Positions 10,261-19,745 are shown, counted from the stretch's first letter. The stretch: DNA of 64,000 bases from an uncultured Verrucomicrobiota bacterium (GCA_903925515.1 CAIYFP010000462.1:1358-65357); one strand, 5' to 3'. The notes: a model not told the origin generated them from the sequence alone. Made by a program: numbers and translations.

Positions 10261-11045
10261 AGAGCGTCGTGCAACGTGTTGGGGTGGCGTGGGCGTGGGT
10301 GTTGATTGCGGCCGCGATGGGTTGCAAGCGGGATGCCGGGTCGAGCCCGCAGGCGACCGACGCGGTGACACTGGTGCCGTTGACCAACATGGTCCCCATC
10401 CCGGCCGGCACCTTCCAGCGGATCCGTTTCCCGGTCACCCTGACGCGGGAGTTCTGGATGGGGAGGTACGAGGTCACGCAGGCGGAGTTCCAGCGCGTGA
10501 TGGGGACGAACCCGAGCCATTTCGCCGGGCTCAGCAACCACCCGGTCGAGAAGGTCTCGTTTGTCGCGGCGAGCAATTACTGCGTGCGCGTGACGAACGC
10601 CGAGCGTGAGCAGGCTCGGTTGCCGCAAGGGTTCGAGTACCGCCTCCCCACCGAGGCCGAGTGGGAGTACGCCTGCCGCGCAGGGAACACCAACCGGTTT
10701 CACTTTGGGCACGATCCCGCCGAGGGCGACGCGTACGCATGGACGGCGGAAAACTGCGAGGCGACCACGCACCCCGTGGGGCTGAAGAAGCCCAACGCAT
10801 GGGGGTTGCACGACATGCATGGCAACGTGTGGGAATGGTGCTCCGACTGGTTCGAGCCGTACCCGCCGAGGGCGCTCACGGACCCGACGGGTCCGCCGAC
10901 TGTCAGCACCAACAAGTACAAGGTGTTCAAGGGGGGCGGATGGAACCAGGACATGGTCTATGGCGGGGCCTCCAGCCGGTTCATGATGGCGCCCTCCAAC
11001 AGCATCCACTTCGTCGGGTTCCGCATGGTCCTGGCTCCGCGCTGA
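10257..11045 (+). CDS. formylglycine-generating-enzyme (SUMF1/FGE-sulfatase) domain lipoprotein
   Basis: ATG at 10257 overlaps the upstream TGA (ATGA). Lipobox in MKSVVQRVGVAWAWVLIAAAMGC. FGE-domain motifs: FWMGRYEVTQAEF, RLPTEAEWEYACRAG, GLHDMHGNVWEWCSDW, KGGGW. Confidence 0.85.
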   Translation: MKSVVQRVGVAWAWVLIAAAMGCKRDAGSSPQATDAVTLVPLTNMVPIPAGTFQRIRFPVTLTREFWMGRYEVTQAEFQRVMGTNPSHFAGLSNHPVEKVSFVAASNYCVRVTNAEREQARLPQGFEYRLPTEAEWEYACRAGNTNRFHFGHDPAEGDAYAWTAENCEATTHPVGLKKPNAWGLHDMHGNVWEWCSDWFEPYPPRALTDPTGPPTVSTNKYKVFKGGGWNQDMVYGGASSRFMMAPSNSIHFVGFRMVLAPR

Positions 11046-11104
11046 GCGCCCGGGCACCGGGCTAGATCCTTGCCACCCGCGCGCTTCACCGGGACCCTGC
11101 ACCC

Positions 11105-12922
11105 GTGCCGCTTTTCTCGCCCGCATTCATCGAGCGCGTCCGTGCCGCCAGCGACATCGTGGATGTCATTGGCGCGAGCCTTCCGTTGAAGCGTGCCGGC
11201 ACCAACTTCGTCTCCCTCTGCCCATTCCATAACGAGAAGTCTCCGTCGTTCAACGTCTCGCCCGCGCGCCAGATCTTCCATTGCTTTGGATGCAAGGCGG
11301 GCGGCGACGTCTTCGGGTTCGTTCAGAAGCACGAGGGCCTGCCCTTCACGGAGGCGGTGGAGCGGCTGGCGGAGCGTGCGCGCATCCCCGTGGAGTACGA
11401 GGGCAACCCCAATGCCTCGCGCGAACGCGGGATCAAGGACCAGCTCCTCAAGCTCCACGAGGCCCTCTGCGTGCGATGGCAGAACTGCCTCGCCAACGAG
11501 TCGGCCGGGCAGGTCGCGCGCGACTACCTTGCGCGCCGCGGCGTCTCCGCCGAGTCCATCAAGGAGTTTCGGATCGGGGCCGCGCCCGACGCATGGGACG
11601 ACACCGTCAACTGGGCCCGCCGACACGGGTTCGACCTCGACCTCTGCAAGCAGGCCGGCGTCGTGGTGCGCAAGGAGGACGCCAGTCACTGCTACGACCG
11701 CTTCCGGGGTCGCCTCATGTTCCCCATCTGCGACGAGCAGGGCCGCGTCATCGCGTTCTCCGGGCGCGTCCTTGAGGGCGACGAGAAGACCGCCAAGTAC
11801 GTCAACTCGCCCGAGACGCCCCTCTTTACCAAGGGGCGCGTGCTGTACGCCCTCGACAAGGCCAAGCGCGGCATCCTCGACGCCGGCCATGCGATCGTCT
11901 GCGAGGGCCAGCTCGACACCATCGCCTGCCATGCCGCCGGAGTCCGCAATGCCGTCGCCCCACAAGGCACCGCGCTGACCGCCGACCATGCCCGAATCCT
12001 CCGCAGGTTCGCCCCCGAGGTCATCCTGTGCTTCGACGGCGACAAGGCCGGCCGCAATGCCGCCGTCCGGTCCCTCGATGAATGCCACGGATCCGGCCTC
12101 GCCTTGCGCGTCGCCACCATCCCGCATCCGGACGATCCCGACTCCTTCCTCAAGGCGCACGGCCCGGGGCCGTTCCGCGAGATCCTCGGCAAGGCACGCG
12201 CCTTCTTCGACTTCTACCTCGAGCACCTCATCGCCGAGAATGACCTGCGCTCCGACCGCGGCCGACTCGCCATCCTCAACGCCATGGGAGAGAAGCTCGA
12301 CCTCACCGGCAACGCCGTCCTCGTGGACACATACGCCCAGCGCACCGCCCAACGGCTCGCCGTATCCGTCGAGGCCGTGCGCGCCGAGTTCCGCAAGATT
12401 CGGGCGAAGGGTCATCGAACCCCGCGTGCCGAGGCCGTCCCACGCAAGGACGAGCCCGACATGCCCGCCGACGAGGCCATGCCTCCCTCCACGGCGGAGG
12501 CATGGCTCGTGAAGCTGCTGTGCCATGCGAACCACGATCAACTCGACTGGGTCCACCATCACCTCGATCCCGCATGGATTGCCCACGAGACCGTCAGGGC
12601 CATCACCCGCGCGTGCCTTCGGCATGTTTCGGAGGACGGTTCCTTGGCGGCCGTGCTAGGTGCCTTGGCCGATCAACCTGCCGCGCTGCAACTGGTCACG
12701 CAGGCGGCGTCCGATCCCCGGTGCATCCCCGACATACCCCGACAACTGGCCGACGCCACGCGGAAGTTGCGCGATGCATGGATCGACGGTCGCATCGCCC
12801 ATGTCGGGTCGAGGTTGTCGGACCCTTCCTTGGATCATGACGCCAAGGTGGCCGCCGTGCGCGAGCAACAGGCGTTGCGTGCGCTGCGGCGAGCCCCGCT
12901 GGCACCGATGTCGGATGCCTGA
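11105..12922 (+). CDS. dnaG: DNA primase
   Basis: GTG start. CHC2 zinc finger CPFHNEKSPSFNVSPARQIFHCFGCKAGGD. TOPRIM region VCEGQLD...CFDGDKAGRNA. Confidence 0.95.
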   Translation: MPLFSPAFIERVRAASDIVDVIGASLPLKRAGTNFVSLCPFHNEKSPSFNVSPARQIFHCFGCKAGGDVFGFVQKHEGLPFTEAVERLAERARIPVEYEGNPNASRERGIKDQLLKLHEALCVRWQNCLANESAGQVARDYLARRGVSAESIKEFRIGAAPDAWDDTVNWARRHGFDLDLCKQAGVVVRKEDASHCYDRFRGRLMFPICDEQGRVIAFSGRVLEGDEKTAKYVNSPETPLFTKGRVLYALDKAKRGILDAGHAIVCEGQLDTIACHAAGVRNAVAPQGTALTADHARILRRFAPEVILCFDGDKAGRNAAVRSLDECHGSGLALRVATIPHPDDPDSFLKAHGPGPFREILGKARAFFDFYLEHLIAENDLRSDRGRLAILNAMGEKLDLTGNAVLVDTYAQRTAQRLAVSVEAVRAEFRKIRAKGHRTPRAEAVPRKDEPDMPADEAMPPSTAEAWLVKLLCHANHDQLDWVHHHLDPAWIAHETVRAITRACLRHVSEDGSLAAVLGALADQPAALQLVTQAASDPRCIPDIPRQLADATRKLRDAWIDGRIAHVGSRLSDPSLDHDAKVAAVREQQALRALRRAPLAPMSDA

Positions 12923-13133
12923 ACCCTCTGCGTTCCAATGAATTATGAATTCAATGCCCCGGGCTTGCCGTCGCGTCGCCCCACCGGTCCCTGAATACAG
13001 ATTGCCTGCCCCCGTCCATCCCGCCGTCGTGAGCGCAATCGGACATGGCGGCAAGCCCCTCGGGGCGTCCGCTTTCCTCGTTTCGACGAAGGCTGTCCGG
13101 TTCGCCCGCTGACCCATCCCCATCCTCACTCCC

Positions 13134-15590
13134 ATGAAGACCTCGTTGTCGGCCGTCTTGATCCTTGCACTTGCCTTGGGCGGTTGCGGTGCGAATGCCC
13201 CGGCCGACCCGGCCACGCCCGCCGCAGTCACGCCGAAGCCGGGCACGACGGCGGTGTCCGTTCCGGCACCGGCGTCCGCGTCCGTTCCGGCGGCGGCAAC
13301 GGGGGAACCCAGCAAGGGGGCGGGCGCTGCCAGTCCGTCGCCCGTGGCCGCCCTTCCCCGGCCGACCTCGGTGCCGGCGTTGCCCATCCCGGCCCAGGAG
13401 GTCCTGAGGCTTTCCCAGACTGCGGTTGGGGAATCGGTAGTCCTCGCTTACGTCGAGTCGATCAAGGAACCGTTCGCCCTCAACGCGGACCAGATCATCT
13501 ACATGGCGGACCTTGGCATGACGCCGCCGGTGATCGCGGCGCTGGTCAAGAAAGGGTCCGCATCCGGCACGGCTTTCGCGCTGGCGCCCGTTGCCACGAC
13601 GGCCCCCTTGGCTCCAAAGGCCGAGCCTCCCGCGCCCGTCGGGGCGGCGGAACCCGAGCCCGCGCCGGCCGGCGCGCCGTCGCCGGGTCTTCCTGCCACC
13701 AACGCCGCGCCGGTCGCGACCACGTCCCTTGCCGGGCTGCCCGTGCCCGGCGCGCCGACGCAGGCCCCGGCCCCGCCGGTTTATGGGCCGGCGCAGCCTG
13801 GCGCGACGATGGCGGCACCCCCGCCTGCCGCATTGGCCGCGCCCGTGGTGGTCACTGCGCCACCCCAGGCGATGACCTACGCCACCTTCCATGACACGCT
13901 GGCGCCGTACGGCACATGGGTGTTGGTGGAGCCCTACGGTTGGTGTTGGCAACCTGCCGTCGTGTCCGTCACGCCGACATGGCAACCATACTGTGACGGC
14001 GGCAGTTGGCTTTGGACCGACTACGGCTGGTACTGGCGATCGACGTACACATGGGGCTGGGCACCGTTCCATTACGGGCGATGGCATCGCAGCGCGCGGC
14101 TCGGCTGGGTTTGGGCGCCAGGCTATGACTGGGGTCCAGCATGGGTTTCATGGCGTTACTCGGACGCCTACTGCGGATGGGCGCCGTTGCCGCCCGAGTG
14201 CAGGTGGTCGGCCGGCGTTGGGTTCTCTTGGATGTCTGGTGGCGTGGGCGTGAGCATCGGCTTCGGCATCTTCGACGACTGCTGGTACGCGTGCTCATGG
14301 AATCGTTTCCGCGACCCGCACCTCTCCCGCTGGCGCCTCGACCGGCCGCGCGCCAACCAGTTCGTCCGCGACAGCAACATTGCCGTGGGCGGCGACCGTT
14401 CCATCAACGTCGCCGGCAACAACAACACCGTCATCGTGAACAACGGCCTCCCCATCGACCGCGTCCAACGCCACTCGCGCGAAGAGGTTCGCAAGGTGGC
14501 CGTTGCGGACGCGGCGTCGCCCGAGGCCGCCCAGCGCGCCATGCGAGGATCCTCCTCTGCGCGGCCCGAGATCGCGGCCTATCGGCCCCGCATCACGCCC
14601 GAGGGCGATCGTGCACCCGCCCCGCCCGAGTCCGTCCTTCGCGGCCAGGAATCTCGCAAGGGCCCGGGCATCACGGCGGCATCTTTGCCGACACGTCCCG
14701 CCGGAAACATCGCCTCGTCCATGCCCAACGCCGTGGCTCCCGTCCCGGGCATCCTGGGTGCCACGGCCCCGGCCGGGAGCCGTCCGGCCCCCCTGCGCTC
14801 GCCCGTCGGGTCGGCCCTGGCGACGACACCTGCGCCGTCGGCGGGCTTGGTGCCGGCTTCGTCCGGCGTTGTTCCATCGCGGCCTCCTGCAGGCGGCGCT
14901 GCGGCCACCCAAGGACCGAGCGTCACGCCGTCGCGTCCGAGTCGTGCGGAGCCGGCGCCGGCTCCGGCGCGCCCGTCCATGACGCCCGGAACGACGACGC
15001 CCGGCGGTCCTGCTCCCTCGGTCCCCGCTCGTCCTGCGCCCGTTCGCCCCGGGCCCAGCTCGTACCCCGGGGCGAACGTGGGCGTGGCCGGGAGGCCTGC
15101 CCCGACGGTGAATTCCATGCCGCCGGCGGGCGGCGGGCCGGCGAGCCCCCCCTCGTTCAACTCGGCTCCGTCGAGGAACGTGGGCGTGCCAAGCCCTGGC
15201 AACGCGGCCCCGCAGCGGCCCGTGCCTGGTGCGTCGTTGGGCGGGCCGCGTGATGTCCCTTCGCGGTATCCCGGCGCCAGTTTCGCGGCACCTGCAAGCC
15301 CCACGCCGCCTTCACAGCCCAATCCGTCGTTCAACGCTCCCGTTGCCCGACCGGGTTACCCCGCGCCCCGGCCGGAGCCGCGCGCCATGGCCCCGTCGCC
15401 CATGCCTGGAGCCTCATTCGCGAGTCCCCCCGCGCGTCCTGCTGCGCCCGTGTACACACCTCCCATCCAGGCCGTGCCTTCGACGCGGAGCATGGCGCCT
15501 GCGCCGGTGCCCCAAGGCGCCCCGGCCCCATCCTTCCGTCCTGAGCCGGCCCGGCCGGCGCCCGGCCGTGGCGGCCCGGCGGAGCGTTGA
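13134..15590 (+). CDS. YXWGXW-repeat lipoprotein with very long Pro/Ala/Ser-rich C-terminal tail
   Basis: MKTSLSAVLILALALGGC lipobox. Trp/Tyr repeat core WLWTDYGWYWRSTYTWGWAPFHYGRWHRSARLGWVWAPGYDWGPAWVSW. From ~nt 14540 to the stop the sequence is low-complexity proline-rich. Confidence 0.75.
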   Translation: MKTSLSAVLILALALGGCGANAPADPATPAAVTPKPGTTAVSVPAPASASVPAAATGEPSKGAGAASPSPVAALPRPTSVPALPIPAQEVLRLSQTAVGESVVLAYVESIKEPFALNADQIIYMADLGMTPPVIAALVKKGSASGTAFALAPVATTAPLAPKAEPPAPVGAAEPEPAPAGAPSPGLPATNAAPVATTSLAGLPVPGAPTQAPAPPVYGPAQPGATMAAPPPAALAAPVVVTAPPQAMTYATFHDTLAPYGTWVLVEPYGWCWQPAVVSVTPTWQPYCDGGSWLWTDYGWYWRSTYTWGWAPFHYGRWHRSARLGWVWAPGYDWGPAWVSWRYSDAYCGWAPLPPECRWSAGVGFSWMSGGVGVSIGFGIFDDCWYACSWNRFRDPHLSRWRLDRPRANQFVRDSNIAVGGDRSINVAGNNNTVIVNNGLPIDRVQRHSREEVRKVAVADAASPEAAQRAMRGSSSARPEIAAYRPRITPEGDRAPAPPESVLRGQESRKGPGITAASLPTRPAGNIASSMPNAVAPVPGILGATAPAGSRPAPLRSPVGSALATTPAPSAGLVPASSGVVPSRPPAGGAAATQGPSVTPSRPSRAEPAPAPARPSMTPGTTTPGGPAPSVPARPAPVRPGPSSYPGANVGVAGRPAPTVNSMPPAGGGPASPPSFNSAPSRNVGVPSPGNAAPQRPVPGASLGGPRDVPSRYPGASFAAPASPTPPSQPNPSFNAPVARPGYPAPRPEPRAMAPSPMPGASFASPPARPAAPVYTPPIQAVPSTRSMAPAPVPQGAPAPSFRPEPARPAPGRGGPAER

Positions 15591-15607
15591 GCAAGGGGCG
15601 CGGACGC

Positions 15608-16627
15608 ATGAACGCCATGGACCGCACGGTTGAGCCCAAGGGATTCGGGGGCCGTCAGCCCGCCTCGAAGACATGGCGGGCATGGGTCGTGGCGGCGGGT
15701 TTCACCGCGGGGATGGGTTCGTCCGCGTTGGCCGGCGAACGCGTCCTCTTTGAGACCGGCTTCGAGCCATTCGAGGGCTACGACGTGACCAAGGACCTTG
15801 CCGGCCAGAACGGCTGGGTCGCGATCGGCTCGGGCGGCAACGGCGTCTTGCCCGGCCCCATCGGTGGATTCCATGGCCAGGTCGCCTACGTCGGGTTCAG
15901 CCCGCCCACGCAGCCCGACGACGTCCTCAACCTGTTCCGCCCGGTGGCGTTGTCGCCGTTGGGAGGGCCGCCGCCCATCGTCACGTTCCGGGTGAGCTTC
16001 ATGGTCTTCGATTCGACGACCAACGCCCCGTATTTCGACGACTTTCGATGGAGCGCGTACAACACGCGGGAGGAACGGCTGTTCAGCATCGACTTCGACA
16101 ACGACGCGCAGGCGATCCAGTTCGTGCTCGACGACAACGCGGGGTTTCGTATGACGGGCTGGACCTTCGCGGCGAACGAGCCCTACGACCTCGTGGTGAC
16201 GATGAACCTTGCGCGGAACCGGTGGTGGGCGGAGGTCAACGGTGCGGCCATCGTGGCCAACCAACCCATCACCACGCGCGGGGCCAAGCTCGACCTGAAC
16301 GAGATGGACGCGGTATGGGTCGTGCGAAACCCGGGCAAGCCCGGCGACAACTTCATGGTGTTTGACGACTACCGGCTGACGGCGCTTCCGTTGGACGAAG
16401 TGCCGCCGGTCGTCCGGTACATCGGACAGCTCACCACCGGTCCCGTGATGCTCCGCGTGTTGGGCGAGCCCGGGGTCACCTACGTGGTCGAGCAATCGGC
16501 AGACCTGCGACTGTGGGTGGAGGTGGCACGCGGCGTGGCCACCAGCCCCGAAGGCACCCTCGAGGCGCAGGACGACTCGGCGCCACGAGCTGCCCGGCGG
16601 TTCTACCGGGCACGAAGCCTGCCGTGA
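15608..16627 (+). CDS. secreted hypothetical protein (possible LamG/concanavalin-like fold)
   Basis: First ATG (15608) in the 15587..16627 ORF. Hydrophobic N-terminal segment WRAWVVAAGFTAGMGSSALAGE. C-terminal module ...VMLRVLGEPGVTYVVEQSADLRLW...RRFYRA. No catalytic motif recognised. Confidence 0.6.
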   Translation: MNAMDRTVEPKGFGGRQPASKTWRAWVVAAGFTAGMGSSALAGERVLFETGFEPFEGYDVTKDLAGQNGWVAIGSGGNGVLPGPIGGFHGQVAYVGFSPPTQPDDVLNLFRPVALSPLGGPPPIVTFRVSFMVFDSTTNAPYFDDFRWSAYNTREERLFSIDFDNDAQAIQFVLDDNAGFRMTGWTFAANEPYDLVVTMNLARNRWWAEVNGAAIVANQPITTRGAKLDLNEMDAVWVVRNPGKPGDNFMVFDDYRLTALPLDEVPPVVRYIGQLTTGPVMLRVLGEPGVTYVVEQSADLRLWVEVARGVATSPEGTLEAQDDSAPRAARRFYRARSLP

Positions 16628-16802
16628 GATGGTGTGGGGCGGGTTCGCGGGTGGCGGCAAAGCCTTCGTGCCCGGTGTCTTTCACCCCCAATACCCGCGA
16701 AATTTCCAAGATCCCAAGTCAGGGTCTCCTCTGTCATGTCGCATGAAGTGGCTTCATGGAATGTGCTTCCAGAGATCGTTCGGCCTCTCCATAAGCGGTC
16801 CG

Positions 16803-17579
16803 ATGAAAGCAGAAATCTTGATTCCAGGGGCCGTTTTGGCGGCAACACTCGCAACCCAATCCATGGCCGAGGGCGGCATCGCCCCCTTTAGCATCTCGGG
16901 CCAAGGCATCACGGCATCGGGGTTGCTGACGTACCAACCGGTATCCCTGACGGGTTTCGCCGGGGTTGCATGGCGGGTGACAGGCGTCACCGGCACCTTC
17001 TCGGATACGGTGTCAGGCATCAACGGCCCGTTCACGAGCGTGCTCGCCTCTGGCATGGACTACACGAAGGCGCCCAGCCGCCAAGACCTGGGTGCGAACC
17101 CTCCGATCGTGGGCAATCTCGGGACCGTCACGGGCAGCACCGTTCAGTTGTCCTATGGCCCGTCGACCAAGTCGTCGTTCGACAACTTGGTTTACCCCAA
17201 TGGCGACAGCCCAACCCTTTGCTTGCCTTATTATTCCTATGGTGGCGGGCGGATTGACATCTTCGGATTGGGATTGCTCGTGGACACGGGTGGAGGGACC
17301 ACGGCTTTGGTCAACGTTTGGAGCAACGGAAACCTCAACAATCCGGCAAATCCGCTGGGCCTCGACTATGGCATCTCGGTAGGGCCGTTTGATGCCTCGG
17401 CAAACCCCCAATACACGAGGACCCGTTACATTGGCGATAGCAACGGCTATGAGGTGTCACCTTCCAGCTACGCTGGCTCCGGAGTGACCTTTACCGTCGT
17501 GCCCGAGCCATCCGAATACGCAGCCGTCACCACGGCCGGATTACTCGGCTTCATGGTCTGGCGTCGGCGCCGCGCCTGA
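16803..17579 (+). CDS. PEP-CTERM sorting-domain protein
   Basis: ATG at 16803 gives signal MKAEILIPGAVLAATLATQSMA. C-terminus VPEPSEYAAVTTAGLLGFMVWRRRRA has the PEP motif, a TM helix and an Arg cluster. Confidence 0.8.
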   Translation: MKAEILIPGAVLAATLATQSMAEGGIAPFSISGQGITASGLLTYQPVSLTGFAGVAWRVTGVTGTFSDTVSGINGPFTSVLASGMDYTKAPSRQDLGANPPIVGNLGTVTGSTVQLSYGPSTKSSFDNLVYPNGDSPTLCLPYYSYGGGRIDIFGLGLLVDTGGGTTALVNVWSNGNLNNPANPLGLDYGISVGPFDASANPQYTRTRYIGDSNGYEVSPSSYAGSGVTFTVVPEPSEYAAVTTAGLLGFMVWRRRRA

Positions 17580-17594
17580 CGACCGGGCAGCTTT

Positions 17595-17663
17595 GGAGCC
17601 GGGCACAAGCGCCATGGTTGCCGAGGTCCCGCGGCCATGGATCTTTAAGTCGTGCCCGGCTCC
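17595..17663. terminator. 12-bp perfect inverted repeat between convergent genes (candidate bidirectional terminator)
   Basis: GGAGCCGGGCAC (17595-17606) is the reverse complement of GTGCCCGGCTCC (17652-17663). The loop is long (45 nt) and there is no clear U-tract. Confidence 0.3.
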
Positions 17664-17689
17664 GCCCCTTGCAGCCCGGCAACAGGCCC

Positions 17690-19636
17690 TCAAGGCTGCC
17701 GGGGCAGCCGCCCTGGCCCACCAAAACCAGGCGGCGGCGGGAACACCTTGGCGAGCCCCTCGGCAAGTTGGGCCTCGTTCAGCGTGCCCTTCTTATCCAG
17801 GTCCCATTCGCCCCACCATCTCTCGGCCATCGCAGTCCATTCCGTTGGGCTGACCCGCTCGTCCTTGTTGACGTCCGCGAGGTTGCGGACGGGCTCGGCG
17901 AGGAACATGCCGGGTCCGCCCCCCCCGCGACGTCCACCCGGTCCATCCGGTCCACCCGGTCCACCCGGTCCACGTTGCCCGATGCGGAGGCCCTCGGACT
18001 TGCCCGCGAGTTGGTCGGCAACCGACCGATGACGTTCCTTCACGAAGCCCTTGATGGGCTTGGGGGGTTGCCCGAACGGGCCGCCGGGGCCGCCGCGCCC
18101 ACCTCCGAACGGGTTCATGCCCACCGCCTCGCCCGCGACCCCTTTGTCGAAGCGTTCCAGCTTCTCCTGCGACTCGTCCTGGATCGCGCCGCGGATGACG
18201 GCGGCCACCTCGTCCACCTGCTTCGCGATGCGTTCAGGCTGGAAGATCGTCTGCTGGAACTCCTTCAGGCGCGCGAGGTAAGCCTCCTGGACGGCGTGCA
18301 CGCCCATGACGCGCTCGAAGAAACGGTTCTCGCCCGACCATGGTTGCCGGATGCTGAGTTGCTCGCGTTCCTCCTGGGAGCCTTGGAGGCCGAAGTTCCC
18401 GAAGGAGTGGTCGAGGTCCCACGGGACAAAGAGGAAGCGGTCGGTCTTGGGGTGGAGGTACACCACGTAGTTTTGCCCGAGCGTCAGGATCGAATCGAGC
18501 GTGCTCAGCCACACGGTGACCGCCATGAAGCGGCTGAACTCGTCCACGTCGATGAACTCGGGCAGGCGCCGCGCGAACTCCTCGTCGGATCCCTTCGTGA
18601 GAAACCTCGCGAAATCCTGCACGCGCCGCTTCTGCGCGTCGGTCAGCTCCGTTTTCGGGTCGTAGATCTGATGGTAGGCCTTCCAGTCGTCGCCGAGGTC
18701 CTTGAACAGCGTGGGCGTGACCGGCTTGAAGATGGCGCCCTTTTTGGTCCCGAAGTTGGCCTCGGCCCATGCATTGTCCGGGTTTTCGACGACGGAGTAG
18801 AGGCCGAGGTAGGCGTTTTCCTTGGCTCCGGGAGCATGAACCGTCACGCGGGCGTATCCGGTGCGCGGCGCCGGCACCCCGGCCGCGCGGTACAGCGCAT
18901 AGGACAGCGGCTCGTTCATCCACGAGGCGTCCGTCACGTTGTTGTGGAAGTTCAGCTTGCCCTGGCCCGCCAGCTTCTGGCCCTTCACGAACTCGTTCAG
19001 GTCCACCTTCAACGACTTCTTGTCGTTCATCCGCGCGCCCATGAACGTGCCGTTCCCTTTGTACCGGACCGCCACGTTGGTCAGCCGAGTTCCCGCGATC
19101 TCCAGGTCCGCGTGCACGTACTCGAAGTTCATTCCCGCCGCGCCGCTGAGCCCGTTGCGTAGCCCCTCGGCCGCCTGCAACCGCGGCGCAAACCCGCCCC
19201 CGCCGGGGCCGCCCATCGCCAACGCCTTGTTCATCCCCTCGCGAATCGAGTCCAGCGTCAGGTAGCCCTCCTTCTTTCCGTCCCACTCCACGCCCCAACG
19301 CCCGAAGGTCCCCATGAACTCCTCGCGCGTCACCGAGCCGTCCTTGTTGCCATCCAAGGCGGCGAGCCAGGCGGGCGCCATCATCCGGGCCGGATTGAAT
19401 CCCCCGCGCGGCCCTCCACCAAGGCCGCCGCCCGCCCCACCCGGCCGTCCGCCCAAGGGGCCTCCTCCAATGCCACCCTTGGGTTCCAAGCCTTCCCATT
19501 GGCCAGCCGGGAACGTCAGCTTCACCTCCCAAACACGCCCAAGGGAGAACAACTCGGTTGCCTTCGCGGGGGCCTCGGCATGCGCGAGGCAGGCCATCCA
19601 CGGCAAGCCCGCAGCGATCAGGATTGGACGGATCAT
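17690..19636 (-). CDS. secreted CotH-family kinase with EF-hand Ca2+-binding loops
   Basis: ATG at 19636 gives signal MIRPILIAAGLPWMACLAHAEA. CotH core (SLKVDLNEF...KLNFHNN..DASWMNEPLSYALYRAAGVPAPR..YLGLYSVVENPD..YLHPKTDRFLFVPWDLDHSFG). EF loops DGNKDGSVTREE (nt ~19319-19354), DVNKDERVSPTE and DLDKKGTLNEAQ (nt ~17768-17875). Confidence 0.85.
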   Translation of the reverse strand: MIRPILIAAGLPWMACLAHAEAPAKATELFSLGRVWEVKLTFPAGQWEGLEPKGGIGGGPLGGRPGGAGGGLGGGPRGGFNPARMMAPAWLAALDGNKDGSVTREEFMGTFGRWGVEWDGKKEGYLTLDSIREGMNKALAMGGPGGGGFAPRLQAAEGLRNGLSGAAGMNFEYVHADLEIAGTRLTNVAVRYKGNGTFMGARMNDKKSLKVDLNEFVKGQKLAGQGKLNFHNNVTDASWMNEPLSYALYRAAGVPAPRTGYARVTVHAPGAKENAYLGLYSVVENPDNAWAEANFGTKKGAIFKPVTPTLFKDLGDDWKAYHQIYDPKTELTDAQKRRVQDFARFLTKGSDEEFARRLPEFIDVDEFSRFMAVTVWLSTLDSILTLGQNYVVYLHPKTDRFLFVPWDLDHSFGNFGLQGSQEEREQLSIRQPWSGENRFFERVMGVHAVQEAYLARLKEFQQTIFQPERIAKQVDEVAAVIRGAIQDESQEKLERFDKGVAGEAVGMNPFGGGRGGPGGPFGQPPKPIKGFVKERHRSVADQLAGKSEGLRIGQRGPGGPGGPDGPGGRRGGGGPGMFLAEPVRNLADVNKDERVSPTEWTAMAERWWGEWDLDKKGTLNEAQLAEGLAKVFPPPPGFGGPGRLPRQP

Positions 19637-19745
19637 TGCGACGACATGACCCGCGTCCAAAACCTTCGGTTACGAAGCGATGGCGACCCTGTGGCAAGGC
19701 CTCGCTTTGCTTCCTTCGCCGTGGCCTTGGTGCAACGCCCGGGTG

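Noticed and set aside
10257-11045. Possible diversity-generating retroelement (DGR) target, because FGE/C-type-lectin-fold proteins with a C-terminal ...KGGGW...N-rich... segment are classic DGR variable proteins
   Set aside because: I found no reverse transcriptase gene, no accessory (avd-like) gene, and no second near-identical ~100-bp template copy of the 3' end (10920-11040) anywhere in the window.
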